From the NCBI GenBank assembly GCA_016933055.1, contig JAFGBS010000009.1, positions 510,001 to 542,000 on the forward strand: a stretch of 32,000 nucleotides of DNA, in the 5' to 3' direction. The DNA comes from Promethearchaeota archaeon (GTDB lineage: Archaea > Asgardarchaeota > Lokiarchaeia > Sigyniarchaeales > Promethearchaeaceae). This document shows positions 26,558 through 32,000 of the stretch, piece after piece. Both the position numbers and the translations under genes were made by a program. The notes beneath the pieces are model-generated. The model was not told the DNA's origin and ran no database searches. It saw only the letters and a program-made list of their open reading frames with translations. Position 1 is the first letter of the stretch. Each line of letters opens with the position of its first letter.

Positions 26558-28000
26558 GTGAAGTCAATGAGTAATTCCGAAAAAAACAATTCTTCCTTAT
26601 TTGATGTACTTCTTATCCGATATGGAGAAATCGCGCTAAAATCCCAACAAGTGAGAAAAAGATTATTACGGAACTTAATAAGAAATATTCGTTTTCAATG
26701 TAAGAGGGATGGAATTAAATTCACACGATTATGGAGAGATCACGGATTTATTTATCTACACCCTGAACCTGAATCAATGGATGCTGCAATTGAAACCTTG
26801 AAGAAGGTATTTGGAATTCATTCCATAAGTCCCTCAATATATGAACAAGGGGATTTTCAGGATGTTCAACGCATTGCTCTTGTATTAGCAAGGAAAATTC
26901 TATGTGAAAATTCCACCTTTGGCATACGTGCTAGAAGGACAGGAGATCATTCATTTTCCAGTGGAGATTTAGCTAATTCCATCGGGGCGCGTATTATTGA
27001 AGAATTGGGAGAAAGATTGAAGTTGAAAGTAAATCTAAGCAATCCAGACACGTGGATTCACATAAATGTGAGAGATAAAAATATTTTTGTATACACCGAA
27101 AGCATTGATACCCCATGGGAGGGAAATCCCTTAGAACCATTCGCATCGGGAGGTATATCCCTAATATCTGGTCACATTTCCGAATTTGTATCCACCATGT
27201 TGACAATGCGAAGAGGAATGCATATTTTACCCATAATATTTTCCGAGAATCCCACAAAAGACGTATCTATCCATACCATCCTACAAAAAATTAAAGAATA
27301 CTTACCTATTCGATCATTATATTACTTTAAACTTGATATGGAGTCAATACTAGCAAGATTCAAAGACCTAGCGGAACAATTTCATTATTTTCCTTTACAG
27401 TATATTTTATATCGGAGATTCCGGATTTTATTAGGGGAGTGGATGGTAAATAACTCCAAATCTCTCTTTGAGTTATTGGATGCAATGCATAGATTGGATT
27501 GGAAATCCAATATCGCCTCTTATATTAGTTCAAAACAGCAAAAAAGTCAAAATGCTGCCAAAAGACGAAAATTTATTGAATATGTGGCTATTATAGAGGG
27601 AAACTTTCCATTTTCATATTATTCTCAAAAAATTCCGTTATTTAACCGAATTGAAAGTTCTCGTATTCCTATTTTCCGAGGTGCTATAGGCCTTTCTCAA
27701 GACGAAAATTGGAATAAGTTTCAACAGATCAGTGGCGATATTGAGGACCATTCGGAAATCTTATATGATTATCCCGAGATTTCAACATCTAAAGACGGAG
27801 TAACAACTAGTACTGGTAACATTAGTCATTATCCATTTAATCCCCATGTACGAGATGATTTACCAGATGAGGTCATCCAACATTTTGAGAAGATTTGGAT
27901 TCGAATGGGAAATGAATTGAATCAGATCCTAAAGGATCTTGATTTATATGGTGAACCATCTATAGGATCTACAAAGCGTTTAAAACTCGTTCAATTGTAA
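26558..28000 (+). CDS. ThiI-like THUMP-domain protein with degenerate catalytic domain
   Basis: LLIRYGEIALKS N-terminal domain and THUMP (TFGIRARR...VNLSNPD) are intact; PP-loop reads SGHISE; no Cys after the THUMP domain; ATG at 26567 possible. Confidence 0.85.
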   Translation: MKSMSNSEKNNSSLFDVLLIRYGEIALKSQQVRKRLLRNLIRNIRFQCKRDGIKFTRLWRDHGFIYLHPEPESMDAAIETLKKVFGIHSISPSIYEQGDFQDVQRIALVLARKILCENSTFGIRARRTGDHSFSSGDLANSIGARIIEELGERLKLKVNLSNPDTWIHINVRDKNIFVYTESIDTPWEGNPLEPFASGGISLISGHISEFVSTMLTMRRGMHILPIIFSENPTKDVSIHTILQKIKEYLPIRSLYYFKLDMESILARFKDLAEQFHYFPLQYILYRRFRILLGEWMVNNSKSLFELLDAMHRLDWKSNIASYISSKQQKSQNAAKRRKFIEYVAIIEGNFPFSYYSQKIPLFNRIESSRIPIFRGAIGLSQDENWNKFQQISGDIEDHSEILYDYPEISTSKDGVTTSTGNISHYPFNPHVRDDLPDEVIQHFEKIWIRMGNELNQILKDLDLYGEPSIGSTKRLKLVQL

Positions 28001-28017
28001 TACCATGGTGATATCTA

Positions 28018-28812
28018 ATGAGGGATGAATCCAGTATCAAAGCGATTCTTATTGACATAGCTGGAACACTAGTTTATGGTGGTAAACCTATTTCTGGCTC
28101 TATTGGTGTGATTAAGCATTTACGAACTCTTGGATTAAAATTGATTTTCGCAACAAATACTGATAGTCAAACACCGACTACCATTCATAGGGAATTAGTT
28201 GATTTGGGATTCGAAATCCTTCGAGAGGAAATATTTACTCCTATTATTGCGCTAAAAGAATTTTTAGAACGTCATCGAAATAAAAAAATCTTCTTTTTGC
28301 TGTCAAAACAAACTAGAATGGAATTTGAGGATTACCTGGAACCGGTAGGGGATGAAATTCCACATTTTGTCGTCTTGGGGGACTTTCGGGATGATTGGAG
28401 ATTAGAACGATTGGACAAAGCCTTTCAGTACGTGATAAATGGTGCACAACTATTGGGTACGCAAGGAAACCGATATTTCATCGATAACAACAAGAATTTG
28501 CTACTCGATACGGGGAGTTTCGTACAAACTCTCGCTTACGCTGCAAATGTGACACCTCGTATATTTGGAAAACCAAACTTAAAATTCTTTGAAATGGCAT
28601 TAAGAAGAATCGGAACCACTTCCTCAGAAACTCTCATTATCGGAGACGATATTGAAGCAGATATTAAAGGAGGAAAAGAGGCTGGATTACATACTATTTT
28701 GGTTCGTACTGGGAAAGGAGCGAGCTATCAGTCTTCAATTGAAATGTATTCTGATACAATTCTCGACAGTATTGCTGATCTTCCTTTGGTGCTGGAGAAA
28801 TCCCGGACATAA
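28018..28812 (+). CDS. HAD class IIA hydrolase (LHPP/HDHD2/NagD-like)
   Basis: DIAGTL, ATNT, GKP, IGDDIEADIKG, LVRTGK; GGTGA 6 nt before the ATG. Confidence 0.88.
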   Translation: MRDESSIKAILIDIAGTLVYGGKPISGSIGVIKHLRTLGLKLIFATNTDSQTPTTIHRELVDLGFEILREEIFTPIIALKEFLERHRNKKIFFLLSKQTRMEFEDYLEPVGDEIPHFVVLGDFRDDWRLERLDKAFQYVINGAQLLGTQGNRYFIDNNKNLLLDTGSFVQTLAYAANVTPRIFGKPNLKFFEMALRRIGTTSSETLIIGDDIEADIKGGKEAGLHTILVRTGKGASYQSSIEMYSDTILDSIADLPLVLEKSRT

Positions 28813-28940
28813 AAATTTACACAGTTTCAAAATTGTTTCATGTAAACCAAAATCTCTTGTGTATTCCATTTAAGCCCTCGAATTGAATAAAATTTTTATT
28901 TTTAGATGTATTCGAATTATTGCACACACAATAAACACAA

Positions 28941-29073
28941 CCCTCCATAACTCAGTTCGTAGAGTGCTCGGCTGTAGTAAAAACGCGTGTATGATCATCA
29001 TCGAAATGAATATACGTCAGCTAGCATTGCAGTAACCGGGATGTCGCTGGTGCAAATCCGGCTGGAGGGACCA
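28941..29073 (+). tRNA. tRNA-Tyr(GUA) with 57-nt intron at 37/38 and genome-encoded CCA
   Basis: Acceptor CCCTCCA/TGGAGGG (C1-G72, A73, CCA at 29071-29073); D stem ACTC/GAGT; anticodon stem CTCGG/CCGGG with GTA at 28974-28976; T stem GCTGG/CCGGC. Confidence 0.95.
28978..29034 (+). other. tRNA intron with canonical bulge-helix-bulge splice motif
   Basis: Central helix CTGT (28972-28975) pairs with GCAG (29029-29032); 3-nt bulges AG^T and TA^A; internal stems CGTGTAT/ATATACG and TCAT-CGAA-ATGA. Confidence 0.9.
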
Positions 29074-29088
29074 TTTTTTTCTTTCTTT
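29074..29088 (+). terminator. Oligo-T/pyrimidine tract after the tRNA
   Basis: T7 immediately after CCA, then CTTTCTTT; archaeal intrinsic terminators are U-rich. Confidence 0.55.
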
Positions 29089-29632
29089 AAAACTTAAAAA
29101 ATCGATCCATTCCTTTTCCTTTCATTTCTTGAACTAAAAGCTGTTTTTTTCGCGGATTATTAGCCATTCCTGCAAACTTACCCAATGTTCCATTACTTTT
29201 AATGACTCTATGACATGGAATTAGGGGGCCAAATCGGTTTTTCATCATAACATTACCCACAAACTGTGCAGCACGAGGAAATCCTGATTTTTCTGCTAAA
29301 TCCCCGTAGGAAATGGTTTTTCCTGCGGGAACCTCCTTTAACAATGTTTTTAAGACCTTTATTTCCTTTTCCGTATATCCGCTAAAATCATAATCTATAT
29401 TTGGCACCTCGAAATTCGTCCCATTGGCAATTCCGTTTATCGCATCAATTATCGGATGGTTTTTTTCCTCTATCTCAATGGGTTCATTTACTATTTGCTT
29501 GAAATGGTCAATAATTTTTTCTTTAGATTCTATCCCGTAACTCGTATAATAGAGTTTTTCATCATTAAGTAGGATACCTGAATATTGAGAATTGTGTTTT
29601 GAAATAATTGCTTTCATTACACCATCACTCAA
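29087..29632 (-). CDS. ogt: Methylated-DNA--protein-cysteine methyltransferase
   Basis: VPAGKTISYGDLA, RAAQFVGNVM, active-site IPCHRV. Confidence 0.92.
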   Translation of the reverse strand: MSDGVMKAIISKHNSQYSGILLNDEKLYYTSYGIESKEKIIDHFKQIVNEPIEIEEKNHPIIDAINGIANGTNFEVPNIDYDFSGYTEKEIKVLKTLLKEVPAGKTISYGDLAEKSGFPRAAQFVGNVMMKNRFGPLIPCHRVIKSNGTLGKFAGMANNPRKKQLLVQEMKGKGMDRFFKF

Positions 29633-30019
29633 TCATAATTGAATAAAAATTCTAGGTTATGGATGTGATTTAAGGATCTTAAAGGACATCATTATCGATT
29701 CCAGAATTTGTGAATTTATCCACTTTTTCTAGTTAAAATCTATTCCGTTGAACCCAAAAATTATTTCACAGAGAACATAGTACTTAAGTACGAAGGTCCA
29801 TCAATTTTGTAATCCATCTCAGCCTTATTATGTATCACATTCGACTTTGTATCGCTACACGATTAGGATTCATGCTTAAGTGATGGCACTGTGGACTTAC
29901 CTCTTCTACATCTATACGGGTATTAAACTGCTATAAGTTCGCAAAAAGGGTCGAGTTTATACGTTTTCATGCAGTTTTACGATAGTTTTAAGTCAAACAG
30001 ATGCAATTTACAATTTATC

Positions 30020-30059
30020 GGGTAGCATAGATTTTAATTAATCAACATCTATTCTACCC
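30020..30059. repeat. Imperfect inverted repeat (hairpin)
   Basis: GGGTAG-C-ATAGAT ... ATCTAT-T-CTACCC, 12 of 13 positions paired. Confidence 0.6.
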
Positions 30060-30166
30060 TTTAAAACGAATAGGTAAACACTTTAACGTAATACTATCAT
30101 AAAACAGCGAGATACGTATAAATCAGAATCAAATTACGATCCAATATCACGATTGATAGGTTTGTC

Positions 30167-30200
30167 TATCCGAGGGTGGTCATAGACCACCCGATGGATA
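30167..30200. repeat. GC-rich hairpin with GA/GA internal loop
   Basis: TATCC-GA-GGGTGGTC-ATA-GACCACCC-GAT-GGATA. Confidence 0.7.
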
Positions 30201-30274
30201 AGCGTAACAAAACCCAACAAAAAGGTAACAACTAAACATTTTTGCTTAAATACCCGATCAACTCAAAGAACTTA

Positions 30275-30394
30275 AGTAAGAAGTGCGGGAACGTGGTCCA
30301 ATTGGAAGAACCAAAGCCGAATGCGTAGCATGAGGTACCTATCCGATAGGATAGGTCCGATAGGATAGGCACCAAATTGACCGCACTTCGTACT
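30275..30394. repeat. 120-bp element with terminal inverted repeats and internal hairpins (candidate ncRNA or MITE-like element)
   Basis: AGTAAGAAGTGCGG (30275-30288) vs CCGCACTTCGTACT (30381-30394), 13/14 complementary; internal ATGC/GCAT and CCTATCC/GGATAGG stems; 14-bp tandem duplication 30342-30369. Confidence 0.6.
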
Positions 30395-30539
30395 ATATAC
30401 CCTCTGTTCACCTATCCAATAGAATAGATGGATATCACAGCATAGAATTTAACTATGTAAAGAAAATCAAGCTTTATTAAAAGAGAAGTAGATAGGAGAT
30501 TGATTTATAATTAAATCATAAAAATTAAAGGTATATAAA

Positions 30540-31040
30540 ATGGCAAATAGCGGAAAAGTATTGGCTCTTATCGGTGGTATTTTAACTCTTTTGGGGACAT
30601 TTTTGTTCTCACTAATGGGAGATCCTGTTTCTGGGGTATATGTTTACGGATGGAGTATGCTGAACATTGATGATGTATTTATTTCGGCGGCCTCTCTTCC
30701 TTTTGCAGATGGATGGATATGGTGGGTTATTGGTATTGTTGCAATTTTCTACTTTCTTTCCGGATTCATCCAGTTATTGGGAGTGAGATCCAGAATTGCA
30801 GCATTATTAGGAGCATTAATCCCCCTAGCTGTAGCAGTATTTGTTGTTTTAGGATTTACTGGAGTATACATTGATATTGCTTTTATCATAGCAATAGTGT
30901 TTTCTCGACCAGAACTAGCTACAGGTATCTTTCCTGTGAGTTTTGAATATTCCTTTATGGATCTTGGCTTAGGAGCAATTCTTATAGCTCTAGGGAGCTT
31001 GCTTGCTTTAATTAGTGTGTTCATGTCCCGTGAGGATTAA
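30540..31040 (+). CDS. Hypothetical 4-TM membrane protein
   Basis: Four hydrophobic helices; short charged C-terminus MSRED. Confidence 0.8.
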   Translation: MANSGKVLALIGGILTLLGTFLFSLMGDPVSGVYVYGWSMLNIDDVFISAASLPFADGWIWWVIGIVAIFYFLSGFIQLLGVRSRIAALLGALIPLAVAVFVVLGFTGVYIDIAFIIAIVFSRPELATGIFPVSFEYSFMDLGLGAILIALGSLLALISVFMSRED

Positions 31041-31241
31041 ATTCTCAATCTTTTTTTTCTGTTTCTTTTTTAATATTCCTATTTTTACATCTGCGATATT
31101 CCTAGGTTTAAAATGGACTTATAGATAAAAACTGTCACTTGAGTGATTGAATTATTTTCAAAAAATCTTCCAATCGATCACATATAAGTTGGAGCGCCAT
31201 GGTTTTTATTTAAAGATTTTTCTAGAATAATAGGGGAGTTA

Positions 31242-31883
31242 TTGATAAAAATGCAGATTTTGAAAAAATTGCGTATTAAAAAGTTGCACCGTAAACATGC
31301 AACAGAATACAATGTAAAACATTTTAGTAGGTTGGTAACCCGTGCTTGGAGAGAAGATCCGCTTATCAAAGGATTTATACCGAATGCAAAGGAAAGAAGG
31401 CACTTTTTATATGCGTACAAAAAATTCTTAGTGACATTGGGATTTTTGAAAGGAGAAATATATACAACTGATGATATGAATGGGGTTGCTGTGTGGTATC
31501 CCTCCACAAATTCCGATTTTGATTTAAAGGATTTAATTAAGGCAGACATTGGAGATATGATTCGGAATACGAATCTGCTACTACTTTTAAAATTACTTAG
31601 AATGAATAAATTGACAGGTAGAATGCATAAAAAACATGCTCCCTTCCCACATTGGTATTTGAGTCAAATTGCAGTGGATCCAAATACGCAAAATTCAGGA
31701 TTGGGTAGTTTGTTACTTAAGCATAAATTTAATAATCCACAAAAATGGCCGATCTATCTAGATTGTTCAAATGAACGTGCACGGAAATTTTATGAGAAAC
31801 ACGGATTTAAAATGGTAGATAGTGCGAAATTGGATAAGAAACACATTCTATATGCAATGATTCGACATCCCGAGAATGCCTGA
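31242..31883 (+). CDS. GNAT-family N-acetyltransferase
   Basis: HWYLSQIAVDPNTQNSGLGSLLL (acetyl-CoA motif A), IYLDCSNERARKFYEKHGF; ATG at 31251 possible. Confidence 0.88.
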   Translation: MIKMQILKKLRIKKLHRKHATEYNVKHFSRLVTRAWREDPLIKGFIPNAKERRHFLYAYKKFLVTLGFLKGEIYTTDDMNGVAVWYPSTNSDFDLKDLIKADIGDMIRNTNLLLLLKLLRMNKLTGRMHKKHAPFPHWYLSQIAVDPNTQNSGLGSLLLKHKFNNPQKWPIYLDCSNERARKFYEKHGFKMVDSAKLDKKHILYAMIRHPENA

Positions 31884-31914
31884 TGTCGGATATTTCTACC
31901 TAAAAACCGAATTT

Positions 31915-32000
31915 TTATTTCATTACATTAAACAAGTGTCTTGTTCTATGTCTGTACACTTCATTAGGCTTTAATATAACCGATTCTCGAAATTTTAACA
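31915..32000 (-). CDS. C-terminal end of a gene entering from the right edge, possibly aldose 1-epimerase
   Basis: Minus frame reads LKFRESVILKPNEVYRHRTRHLFNVMK-stop, resembling the GalM terminal strand (ILxPGExYxHxTxYxF); only 27 codons visible. Confidence 0.45.
   Translation of the reverse strand, partial: LKFRESVILKPNEVYRHRTRHLFNVMK

Noticed and set aside
30283-30336. Group II intron remnant (GTGCG start; AGCCGAATGCG resembling domain V)
   Set aside because: The two motifs are only about 30 nt apart, the domain V 3' strand is not matched, and there is no RT ORF.
30316-30336. SECIS or K-turn (tandem GA, ATGA)
   Set aside because: No 3-nt bulge or proper SECIS geometry, and no nearby gene with a credible in-frame TGA.
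29633-30539. Replication origin or CRISPR array
   Set aside because: No ORB-like TTCCAGTGGAA boxes or cdc6 nearby; repeats are not regularly spaced with unique spacers.
472-31549. About 28 short ORFs in the supplied track (e.g. 472-684, 3259-3645, 17324-17647, 20966-21361, 31178-31549)
   Set aside because: They lie antisense to or out of frame within well-supported genes, and show no motifs; treated as shadow ORFs.

Overview
AT-rich archaeal window with the hallmarks of an Asgard archaeon (Lokiarchaeia/Promethearchaeota-like). The taxonomy is inferred from gene content: a Rab-like GTPase, a eukaryote-type ubiquitin-like protein, V4R and multi-wHTH proteins, Taw1, and a BHB-intron tRNA with a C1-G72 pair. 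About 31 complete CDS and two edge-truncated CDS are present; the ORF track missed both truncated ones. There is one intron-containing tRNA-Tyr(GUA), and no CRISPR array, rRNA or intact transposase. Highlights: (1) a minus-strand cluster of membrane protein, Rab-like GTPase, thioredoxin, V4R, AsnC-like domain, ubiquitin-like (GG-N) protein and a choline-transporter-like (SLC44/PNS1) membrane protein; (2) an R15P-isomerase/RuBisCO pair whose form III-like RuBisCO keeps its catalytic residues but is about 555 aa with terminal extensions; (3) a ThiI homologue with a broken PP-loop and no Cys in its catalytic domain, near a ThiF/E1-like gene lacking the mobile-loop Cys; (4) a Taw1 with an insertion of about 100 aa, coupled to a nucleoside-phosphorylase-fold gene with an altered phosphate site; (5) a tRNA-Tyr with C18/G55 in place of G18/U55; (6) a 900-bp intergenic region with hairpins and a repeated motif. 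All family calls come from motif recognition by eye; no database search was run.
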